Of a DNA stretch of 64,000 bases, positions 53,921 to 64,000 are shown piece by piece. Made by a program: the position numbers and the translations under genes. Origin of the DNA: Diplonema japonicum (lineage: Eukaryota; Protista; Euglenozoa: Diplonemea); contig OZ025667.1 in assembly GCA_964019335.1 (NCBI GenBank), positions 664,273-728,272 on the forward strand, written 5' to 3'. The notes under the pieces were generated by a model, which saw only the letters and a list, made by a program, of their open reading frames with translations, was not told where the DNA came from and made no database searches. Numbering within the stretch: the first letter of the stretch is position 1; every line of letters begins with the position of its first letter.

Positions 53921-56239
53921 ATGGCATCAAAATGCTTCCAGCGATTTCTCCGAACTGCGACGTGCCACCCAGATAGAGTCTTCATTGAGACCACTAGAGA
54001 AGCATGGACATATGCGAAGGTAGCTGAGGAGGTTCTGAACAAAAAGATTGAAGACGGCATCATCATATGCTGCAAGGGAGATGTAACGCCAGTAGACGTG
54101 GTGTGGATGCTGCGGGCGGTAGCGGGAGGCGGGTGGTACTACGTTCTCAACGAATCAGAGACACCAGAGGGAAATCTTGCGACGATCTTCAACCAACTCG
54201 GTGCAAAGAAGATCCTTAGAAACGGTACCATACAAGAAACCGACATCTGCCCCACCACACCAGGGTCCTTAGGGTCCTTCCTATACGTTGTTTCAACATC
54301 AGGTACAACAGGCAAACCCAAACTGGTCAAGACTTCGGCTGCATGCATAGACGCCTACGTACCATGCAGGATCTCAACAGAAGGGATTTCAGAGAATTCG
54401 AGGATTTTTGTGGCCTCATCATGCACGTTCGATCCTTCACAGGGCGATTTATACACTGCGATGCACGCGGGATGCACCTTGGTCCTCCCAAGGTTCTCCG
54501 ACATCCTCACAGATTTCACGGGGTTACTGCGTCAAACGAAGCCGACTCATGTTACAACTACCCCCGTCGTCTGGGCCGCGGTTCCGGGAGAACTCTCACA
54601 TGAGTTTTCGTCGTTCCTGCAATGCGTTTCTCTTGGCGGTGAACCAATCCCGCAAAGCATGATCGAGGCTTGGACAAGGTCCGACAAGACAGCTTGTCTG
54701 GGCCTCTACGGTGTCACAGAATGCACGGTGTACCAAGCTTATGTGAGGTACCCACGAGGCCGCCCTGTTAAGAGGAACCTCATCGGGCAGCCGTACGAAG
54801 GTGTCACGTTTTCCGTCGACGAGGAAACCTCGGAGCTGAGCATCCACGGGGAGGTCGTTGCGAACGAAGCAAAAACGTGGAAAACAGGCGATGTTGTGGA
54901 GAAGGACTCTTCCGGCGGTGGTTACGTGTTTGTAGGCAGAATAGAAGGAGACAGACAAATCAAAATACGGGGAAGAAGGGTCGATCTAAGAGAGCTAGAG
55001 AACACAGTGCTTGACAAGTTCAAAGGTGTGAACATGTGCAGAGCGGTGTGGGATGCGACGAATAGCAAACTGGCGCTCCACTGCACACCGGAGTGTCCTC
55101 TGGTCGGGAGGATCGCAAAGACGGTTGCCGAGACGAACCTTCCGGGGTACCTCCACCCACACAGTGTTGCCACCCATGACACCTTTCCGTCCACAAGGAA
55201 CGGAAAGATCGATGACAGCCGGCTTTTAACAACACCATCACCGCAGACTACAGACGAATCCTCATGCAAAGCAACACCACTACAAACCATCATCATCGCA
55301 GCATGGAAGAAGGAACTCGGCTCAAACTCACCAATCACACCTAATTCTGACTGGTACGCATCCGGCGGTGACTCCTTCAAAGGCCTGCGCCTCACGAAGC
55401 ACCTCCGCGACACCCTTCATCTCTATCAACCCGACGGCAACAATCATGGTGAAGTCTCTGGCGCCTTCGATGTATGGGAAATGCTGAAAAGACCCCTTCT
55501 CAGCGACTATGCCGCTTTCTTAGCATCTAAGGAAGTCGGCACAGCTCTTGGATTTGAAACTGAAACAGATATACCGTCATCGCCAATGACATCGCCGTGT
55601 CAGGATCTTCTGGTGGAGTCTGTTCAAGCAGGGTTCCTTGACGGTGTGGAGGCATTGATTGTGTCCTGCGGTGCTGGTGTCTGCGGAGGGTATGGCCGTG
55701 ACATAAAAGGGCTCAGCCCGTTGCATTACGCAGCACGGAACGGGGATTTGAACATGGTGAAAAAACTGGTGGAGCTTGGAGGGAAGGTGTTCGGGACGAC
55801 CGAGCTTGGCGTGACCCCAGTACACGAAGCAGCTGCCGCAGGGCACACCCACATCGTTGAACACTTCATCCATAACGAAAGATTCCCGTTGCAAGCCAAG
55901 GACGGAAACAGGCAGACAATCTTCCACCATGCCGCACGCTCAGGGCACACAGACACAATACTCTCCCTTTCTAAAACAGGGAAGCCCACACCACTCAACC
56001 ACTACGACCGGTGGGGCCGTTCACCCCTCCACTGGGCAGTCTTGAACAACCACATTACCACCGTCGAAGCTCTACTGCAACTAGGACTGCCAGTTAACGA
56101 AACACGGACCTTGGCAAGAAGGACAAGGCTGGACATGGAGTACCCTCTGGACATAGCATTTCGGAAGCACCCCGAGGCGACCGCCCTGCACGATCTGCTG
56201 AGGAATCACAACGCCGTCAGATATGTTGAGAAACGGTAG
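53921..56239 (+). CDS. NRPS-like adenylation + carrier (T) domain + ankyrin repeats
   Basis: STSGTTGKPK, FDPS, YGVTE, KTGD, QIKIRGRRVDL.ELE, NGKID; GGDS phosphopantetheine site; about 4 ankyrin repeats (SPLHYAA, TPVHEAA, SPLHWAV). Confidence 0.88.
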   Translation: MASKCFQRFLRTATCHPDRVFIETTREAWTYAKVAEEVLNKKIEDGIIICCKGDVTPVDVVWMLRAVAGGGWYYVLNESETPEGNLATIFNQLGAKKILRNGTIQETDICPTTPGSLGSFLYVVSTSGTTGKPKLVKTSAACIDAYVPCRISTEGISENSRIFVASSCTFDPSQGDLYTAMHAGCTLVLPRFSDILTDFTGLLRQTKPTHVTTTPVVWAAVPGELSHEFSSFLQCVSLGGEPIPQSMIEAWTRSDKTACLGLYGVTECTVYQAYVRYPRGRPVKRNLIGQPYEGVTFSVDEETSELSIHGEVVANEAKTWKTGDVVEKDSSGGGYVFVGRIEGDRQIKIRGRRVDLRELENTVLDKFKGVNMCRAVWDATNSKLALHCTPECPLVGRIAKTVAETNLPGYLHPHSVATHDTFPSTRNGKIDDSRLLTTPSPQTTDESSCKATPLQTIIIAAWKKELGSNSPITPNSDWYASGGDSFKGLRLTKHLRDTLHLYQPDGNNHGEVSGAFDVWEMLKRPLLSDYAAFLASKEVGTALGFETETDIPSSPMTSPCQDLLVESVQAGFLDGVEALIVSCGAGVCGGYGRDIKGLSPLHYAARNGDLNMVKKLVELGGKVFGTTELGVTPVHEAAAAGHTHIVEHFIHNERFPLQAKDGNRQTIFHHAARSGHTDTILSLSKTGKPTPLNHYDRWGRSPLHWAVLNNHITTVEALLQLGLPVNETRTLARRTRLDMEYPLDIAFRKHPEATALHDLLRNHNAVRYVEKR

Positions 56240-56344
56240 GGGGTTTTTCCAAAACCCCTCACCCCTCTTTTTTTTTATCCCACCCGTATTCAAAAAAAAA
56301 AAAAAGAAATACCGCACACAGCCAGAGGAGGGCAGAATCACTTT

Positions 56345-57269
56345 ATGAGCGTTGCGGACGAAGAGACATGGGATTTCCTGTACGGGTTCAATGGTGACGC
56401 GTTGTGGCAGACAGCGCTGCAGTCCGACATGGATAGAGTGCGTGTGCTGTACAATGCATTGATTAAGAAGAAAGGGAGCAGCGCGTACTTGGATCAGATA
56501 TTTGGAGACACCGTAGGGGTGCAGTTCTCAAAGGTACAATGGGATGTGCAGGCGGGGGCAATGCAGCCCGCGCCTGTTACCGTCCCTGTCGAACTGGCTG
56601 GGTTCAGGGCGCCCACCAAAACGCTGCCTTTGCTGAAGAGCGAGAAGCGGGTGAACCGAAACAAAAGAGTCACGCTGCACAACGAGAACATCAAAAGGGT
56701 CAGGCAGCTGCGGTTGAAAAGATACGGGAACCCTCTCATCCTCAAGGAAGTCGTAAGACCCTGCCTCCTCTCCCGTGAAATCCAGCTTATCTGCGATTCC
56801 TTCTCCTCCGACACAGGCATCACAATTGCAAACCAGAAAATCCCCCTCACCTGCCCTTACACTTCAGCACGTATAGGCATCCCAATGAGGGGCGGTAACT
56901 GTCTGCATCTGGAAACCTTTGATCTCAATAGTTGGGCTGCACAGGTTATCAAGCCCAACTGCCCTCCCCATTACTGGAAGTGCCCTATTTGCGACGAAAC
57001 TGTGTACTTGGGAACAGCCTATATCAGCCCCTATGTCATGCATATTTTGCAGGTTTTTTTTTTTTTTTTTTTTTTTGATTCATATTTATATATATATAAC
57101 ACAGACCCTTCCGCCTACTGCAGTTGCTGCTGAAATCGATAAAGAGGCCCGGTTTACAGAGGCCGAAGCGACACAGAGGGTGGCATCGAGAAAACAAAAC
57201 AAAAGCAGGGGGAAGGAGGACGCAGCTAAGCAGCAAGAGGAGCCAGAGGTCATAGAATTATCTGATTAA
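56345..57269 (+). CDS. SP-RING (zf-MIZ) protein, putative SUMO E3 ligase, 2 exons
   Basis: IPLTCPYT..RI.IPMRG..C.HLETFD...WKCPIC; intron 57053-57104; C-terminal VIELSD SIM-like motif. Confidence 0.85.
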
Positions 57270-57877
57270 CAAAAGTGTTCTATATCTTTTCTTGTCATAC
57301 GGGCAAAAAAATTCCCCCCCCCTTTTTTTTTTCCAGGTGGTAAGCAATACAAGAACTATGCCAGTTTCCCCACGAAAAATTCCATCCGAAGCAGGTCAGC
57401 CTCCACACGATCACGACACCCACTTTATCTGATGGAACAGGAACACTGCCCGCCATAATGCAGTGACTTGCGATGTAAAGGATCTACGAGATTAATGCTA
57501 CTTCGTATACTTTTTTTTTTTTCTTATAAGTTTATTATTTATCTTAAGTTTTTTTTTTCTCTCTCCCCCTTTAACTAGTGTGACGCTCCTTTTTTTAGAA
57601 TCAATGGATACCGTATAATTAAAAAAAAGGTTGCCGAAAAGGGAAAAAAAAGGGGGGGGAGAGAAAAAAAAATATACATATAACATTATATATTATATGA
57701 GAATCGGTAAAAAGATTTAAAAGTTTTTAAAAAAAAAAAAAGCACCCCTTCCCAGAAGTGCTTTTTTTTTTCATTTACACCTTTTTAAATAATTTCTTTT
57801 TCTTTTTTTTTAAATCTTTATAAATAAAAAAAAATAAAAAAATCCCAAGGTGAAACAAAAAAAAAAAAAAAAAAAAA

Positions 57878-58641
57878 ATGATGTCGGTTCTGGACATTCC
57901 GTCATGCGGCCTGGAGGCCGGTGCGTTGATTTTCAACGATTTCAACACCCCAAGGACGCCGTGCAGGGGGGAGACTGTGATGCAAGTACCCGAGACTCCC
58001 TGTGGACGGTCGTACGAAAGTATAATTTCCTCGAGCGAGTTTGCAGACACTTTTAAAACTGCAAGGAGCACCAGGGTTGAGGACGATGTGGAAAGGATAA
58101 ACCCGTTTTACCCATTGGAAAGCAATGAGCAGGAAAAAGTGAATCTCACCCACGAAGTGGCTAAGGGCTTATCTAGAAGGTTTCACATACATAACAACAA
58201 GGCACCGATTCTTCGATTTGCTGCCGATGGTAGCCCAGTGTACAAGCTCCGCCATTCTTTAGATGGTATGTTCTACGCCGTGAAGGTAACAGAGGCATCA
58301 AGTGCAAATCCCCTTGAGGTCAAGGCTTCTTCCCTGCTTCGGAGTTCCACGTCAATTGCAGAGTATCATGATGCTTGGGAGACTCCCTCCTACGTTTTCA
58401 CCCAGTTTGAGTTGACAGAGGAAATCAACACACCTCTCGCCCCCGGGCTACGTGAGCCTTTGTGTGCTGCAATTTTGAGGCTTCACAAGTTGGGTTTCAC
58501 CCACAATGCTGTTTCAAAGAAAGCGGTGCGTTGCTCTTGCAGTGTGATGGAGGTGAAAATTTCAGACTTCTCAAAGGTCTCGAAATATAGTGTTGCCGGT
58601 GCCCTTAAGGATCTGGAAGCACTTGAGCAGCTTTTTTTTTG

Positions 58642-58642
<1 letters not shown>
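57878..58642 (+). CDS. Wee1/eIF2K-like degenerate protein kinase (pseudokinase)
   Basis: VYKLRHSLDGMFYAVK, YHDAWE....FTQFEL; HNA replaces HxD, DFS replaces DFG; C-lobe truncated. Confidence 0.65.
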
Positions 58643-58674
<32 letters not shown>

Positions 58675-60608
58675 AAATGAATAAACAAAAGAAGGGAAAA
58701 AAAAAAAAAAAAAGAAATGAATGGTTTTTTTTTTTTTTTTCTTTTTTTTTTTTTTTTTGGTTTCCGTCCAACTTTTGGTTTCCGTCCACACCCATTCTTT
58801 CATTTTATCGGTCAGAAGTTGTCCGTATGAAATTTTTTTTTTGCATCCCTCTCCCTCCCTATATTAGTTTTTTTGTTTTTGTTTCAGCTCACCGACTGAA
58901 CTCAAGGAGAACGAAAAAAAGAGAAGAAAAAAAAAAGAAGAAGCAACCTTCGGAAAATCCTTTTTTTTCGTTTTTTTGTGTAAAGCAAGTACTGCTCAAT
59001 TTCTTGTAAGAGCGGGAAAAAAAAAAAAAAAAAAAAAGAGGGAAAAAAAAAGTAGCATGTACTAATCTCAGGACTTGTACAATGTGCACAATGCACCATT
59101 CTTGCTTATTTTATCCGAAGCGCGGCTTCTTCCTTTTTTACAAGATCAAAAAGAATTTGAAGAAAAAAAAATAAAATAAAAAAAAGCCCATGTTCACCTG
59201 CTTACTTTATTGTGGGTTTCTCTATTTTTTCTGGGTATTCACCCGGAAACTATGAGGAGGGGGAAAATAAAAAAAAAAAAAAAAAAAAAAAAAAGCGAGG
59301 GGCGAGTGAAGTAACCTGCTCTAGTCATGAGTATAAATTCAATAGACTCCCCCTCTCTTTGAAACTTTTTTTTTTAAAAGATTTTTTTTCTTACATACAG
59401 ACGGTACTATTTCCCCCCCCCCCCCCCCCTACCCCGTAGCATATGTTCCTTTCCCATTCACCAACCTAGTTTTTTTAAAAAAAAAAAATACCCGCCCACA
59501 CTTATCTTTCTATCCTTCATTGTACCAGTTTTTTTTCAGCAAAAAAAATAAAACAAAAAAAAAAATCCAACTGACAAAGAATATGCACAAAAAGAACCTA
59601 TGAACCTGAAACCCTCCACCCAAGGAATCCAGGCTTTCGCCTGTCTTCTCTTCCCATTGTCCCTCCCCACCCTTTTTTTTTTTGCCCAAGTCCCCTTTTT
59701 TATTTTCGTTTTAATAAGAGAAAATGACCCGAGTAGGCCCAAAAAGAAAAAAAAAAAAAAAAAGAAAAAAAAAAAAAAAAAAAAAAAAAAAGCCAGGAGT
59801 AAGTAGTCCAACACGGCCTTGCAAATTTGCTTTGCCATGAAGGACCCTTTTCTCCTTCCCCCCTTCCCTCCTCCCCCCTAGCCAAAGATTTAAAACAAAA
59901 CATATGAGCATAATTCAAAACTTCCCCCCCTTTTTTTTTCACAAATATTGTTCTTTGCTAAAAAAGAGTTGGCTCTTCACAGGTCGAGCGGTTTGTGAAC
60001 AAGTAACAAGTACCAACTCTTTTTTTTACACCCGCACCCGTAATAGCCAACACACCCCTGCTGTAGTGTTCTAGCAGGTTTTTTTTCTTCTTTTTTTTTT
60101 TTCTTTTTGTTGAACGACACGCTGTAAGCCTGTCGAAACAAAAAGAGAGAACATTGGGCAAAATGTTTCGTGCAAGCAAACAGCCAAGTTTCTCGTTTTT
60201 TTTAAAGACAAGAAGAATATCAGGAAAAGGCCTCCTGAATCCGAGGCATAAAATGTACCGTGTTTTTTTTGTAGTCTTCTTTATCTCCCTTTCCCCCCGC
60301 TCTTAACACACAACACCATCACACTTTTGGCTTTTAAAGCCAAGATACCTATGCACCCAAACAATGATGAAAAGCCGCAACGATGCACTGTCAATCTACT
60401 ACTACTAAAGCAGGCACGCGAGATAACGAGCTTTCTAAGAGAAAAATAATTTTTTTTTTTTTTATATTCACTACATCTTTCACCTTTATTTCCCCTTCTT
60501 TTCTTTTTCAAGGGTGGTCCTCGAGTGGGATTTGCCCTTAAACATCGCCTCTTTTTTTCTTTTCACACTGAAACTTTATATGAGCTCGTCCGGATTCAAA
60601 TATCCACA

Positions 60609-60639
<31 letters not shown>

Positions 60640-61423
60640 GACAGCATGCAACCATAGGAAGATGACATATATGGTGTGTTGGGCTTTGCAACCGGCTGCT
60701 CCCGGGAAGCAAAAAAAAAAAAAAAAAAAAAAAAAAGAGGTCAGGAAAACGGCGTCCATTCCTCCTGTCGCTTTTCACGGGAAAACGAAAATAAAAAATG
60801 GAGTCTGAGTTGAGGCATTTTTTTCCCGGACGAGCTCATATCGAGTTTTTTTTTTTTTTTTTTTGCTTCGTTGCCTCCTATTCCCTGTATTTGGTGTGTT
60901 TTGAATACACACTAAACAGTGGTTTTTTTTTTTTTTTTTTTTTTTTTCTTCTTTTTATTTTTTCCTTGCTCCAAGACTGACATAATACCTGGGAAAATGA
61001 ACTAATAAAAAAAAAAAGAAAAGGAAAAAAAGTTCCTTCTTTCGTTAAACTATAGGGGGGGGAAAAAAAGGAAGAAAAAAAAAAAGAAAAAGAAAACTAC
61101 ATTTTCTTTTTCTTTTTTTTTTTTGACCCCAAAACCAAATAGCCCATTCGTGGTCCGATGGTTTAAAAAGAAAGGAAAAATAAATCCGCGCGAATATGGG
61201 GAAGGAAGAAGAAGAAGAAGAAGAAACAGCAGCTGGTCTCGTGAGGTAGTTTGAAGAGGGAAAGAAGTGTTAAAAGAGTAACACGCTTTGATGATTACGT
61301 CTTCGAGGAAAAAAAAAAAAAAAAAAAAGGGTATTCTTCTTCTCTCTTTCTTCCTGTAAGGCGCCGATGACCAATATGGATTTTTTTAAAAACAAAAATT
61401 GTAGGCAAAAAAGAAAAAGAAAC

Positions 61424-61454
<31 letters not shown>

Positions 61455-62007
61455 GTATGGCGAAGTTTCCGAATGCCCCCCTCTCACTGGGAGGTGGACA
61501 AACGGGAAAAATAAAAAAAGACAGAAAAAGATTGCCATGTCTCGCTTTTCTACCCTTTGCTCTGGGAAAAAAGGGCACAAGGAACTGGTACACCTACCCA
61601 GCTGCAAAGGAAAGAAGGGTGGTCAAAAAAAAAAAAAAAAAAAAAAAAAGAAATGCTGTTCACCATCACAAAAAAAAACAAAAAGTTCAAGCAAAAAAAA
61701 AAAAAAAAGAAGAAGAAAATAAATTTTTTGTTGAGACAACTACCCTCTTTTAGCTCCGAAGTGATTTGAATACCCCGGTTCCTTTCTATTTCATTTTTTT
61801 AAATTTATTTTTTCCAAATTTGAGCTCCATTTTGTAAGTACACCACAAGGGAGGGGTCCCTTCAACATTTCTCAAAAAGAAAAAAAAATGGAAGAAAAAG
61901 AAAATCATATATCCCTCGATAACTGGTCCCCCACTTCTTCCCTAGCCCCCCCCCCTTTTTTTGAATTTCATCTTAGCTTTCAACAGCAAGTGACTCTTGG
62001 GAGGTTT

Positions 62008-62040
<33 letters not shown>

Positions 62041-62337
62041 ACAGAAGGGGGGAAGCGTGCACGGAGCAAGTTTGCACTTCCCCCGTCCCTCCTTATTTAT
62101 TGATGCAAGTACCCTTCAAAGACGACTGCAACTTGAGTAGGGGAAAAAATAAAATAATAATCCCAAGAACTTTGCAGTCCACTTTAATAGGTTTTTGCCT
62201 CTGCCCCCCCCCCTTTTTTTTTCTTTTTACCTCCATGCGCTTTCCTTGCTCGCGAAAGATCTAAAAGAAAAAAAGGAAGAAGGAAAAAAAAAAAAAAAAA
62301 AAAGGGCAAGTTGCCGCGAAGATGTGAGCGTGTTTTG

Positions 62338-62371
<34 letters not shown>

Positions 62372-63048
62372 TTTTTTTTGGGCCACCTTCGGGGGGTTTT
62401 CTTTCCCCCCCTTTTTTTTTATTTTCTCCTACAAGCAGGAGGAAGGCCACAGAAAAACCTTGCTAACAAGAGTAATGGAAAAACACTTTTTTCTACCTTC
62501 CTCCAGTCCCCCTTCTCCCTGGGCATCCCTCCCCCCTCTTCCCCTTCAAAATGGAAAACCCACAACCACCGGTAATGTCCCTGGCTGACCCTTTCTGCCG
62601 GTGTGTGGACCACCCGTCGTTCTCCTTTTCTTTTTTTTTTTTTTTTTTTTTTTTGAATAAATCAGGTGAGGCTTAGTAAGAAAAAAAAAAAACTTTTTTG
62701 TATTCGGGAAAAAGAAGAAGAAGAAAAAAAGAAAAAAAAAAAATACTTGTAAACCTCTTTTTATTTTTTTTTGTGGGCCGTTGCTAACCACTTCGTTTCC
62801 TATCATAGTGAATTTTTTTTATTTTTAAAATAGTGCACAATAGCATACATACAGGGTTTCCTTTTTTTTTTTCCCCTTCTTTTTTTTTTCTTTTTTTTCC
62901 CCCCCTAAATCCGCAAGTGCGCATAAGCACCTGAAATCTTATCTTTCGTTACCAGCGAAGCGGTTCATGGTGTAAAGCGGACTGTGCCAAGTAACTGTGG
63001 TACAGTATGTCTTTAAGGAGTGGGGGGAAAAGAAATTGAGGAAATGGA

Positions 63049-63098
<50 letters not shown>

Positions 63099-63329
63099 AT
63101 TTACCAGCATGAAGGAAAAAAGAAAAAAAATAACCCCTGCACCCCCTCCCCCTCTAAGAGAACAGAAAAAAAAATCAGGCTGGCAAGATCCCCTTCCCCA
63201 TCTCGCGCTTGGTTTGCAAGGTAGAATTTTTTTTATATACCTCATACATCTTAAAATGTGTCTATTTCAAAAAGAATGCGGGGAGCAAAAATATCTGGGG
63301 GGGGTAGTTCTGATTCAAATGCAGTGTGG

Positions 63330-63374
<45 letters not shown>

Positions 63375-63465
63375 AACTTGTATTTCTTTGTGCCGGGTAG
63401 AATGAAAATATACTGCTACTAGGTCTTTTAGCCTTGCATATTTTTTTCTTTTTTATTCGAGCGAG

Positions 63466-63508
<43 letters not shown>

Positions 63509-64000
63509 AAGATGACAATGTTTACCATGAGCCCGTACGAGAAAGGGAGGAAAAACAATCCTCATGTGACTTTTTGTTTTTGCACGAGCGGGATTATACC
63601 TAATTAAATAGCTCATTACGCTGCCCAACAACTAGTTCTTAGTCTCGACAAATTGACATTTTTTTTCCTCCCTCTATCTAAGGTCACATTAGCGTTGAGG
63701 GGGGGGGGGTGGGGGGGGGGGGGATGCAATATTTATCAATCCCCTCCAGTCTACTGGAAAGCAGGCAGGCAATCAGAAAAGATATAGCAAAAGGGATGGT
63801 GAAAGCCAGTGTCACTATTTGTTCCCCCCCTCTGGTGAATACACACATTTCCTGCATTAAACAAGGGGTGGGGGTGAAGGGAGAGCGTGGCTCTGCCAAG
63901 TCAATTGCGATGTTTTATTCTTTATTATTATTAGTTATGAATTTTTAATTGGGGTTTTAGCGAGGGCAGTTTTAGAAGCACCACAGTACCCCCCCCCCCC

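Noticed and set aside
58700-64000. Short K/F-rich ORFs or a micro-exon gene on either strand
   Set aside because: Products of A/T homopolymers; trial exon joining gave no recognisable protein.

Overview
Eukaryotic genomic DNA, most likely from a diplonemid (Euglenozoa). A near-complete diplonemid-type spliced-leader (SL) exon lies at 6486-6522, every supported protein gene is on the + strand, and short GT-AG introns are present. Positions 2338-23504 are a single four-exon PRL/PTP4A phosphatase gene. Its first two introns (~10 kb each) host tRNA-Ser(CGA) x2 and intron-containing tRNA-Tyr(GTA) x2. They have been inflated by stacks of ingi/I-group non-LTR retrotransposons (APE-RT-RNase H, 2A-like peptides) and a tRNA-headed SINE. 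All of these are inserted head-to-tail about 8-14 nt upstream of a Pol III gene, with matching target-site duplications (TSDs). One full-length, apparently intact element begins with the SL exon. From 24.6 to 58.6 kb is a co-directional housekeeping cluster: CTL/SLC44, two ATG18-like genes, ATP12, KIFBP, CAP-G-like, PhyH, PPR, two Ub-S27a, CutA, GAR1, mS41-like, MCU, an A-T-ankyrin NRPS-like protein, an SP-RING protein and a Wee1-like pseudokinase. Its tiny, often poly(A)-filled introns cluster near the 3' ends of the CDSs. MITE-like inverted repeats and a degenerate ATPase-like ORF occupy 29.7-37.5 kb. The last ~5 kb has no supportable gene. All family assignments come from motif recognition by eye; no database searches were run.
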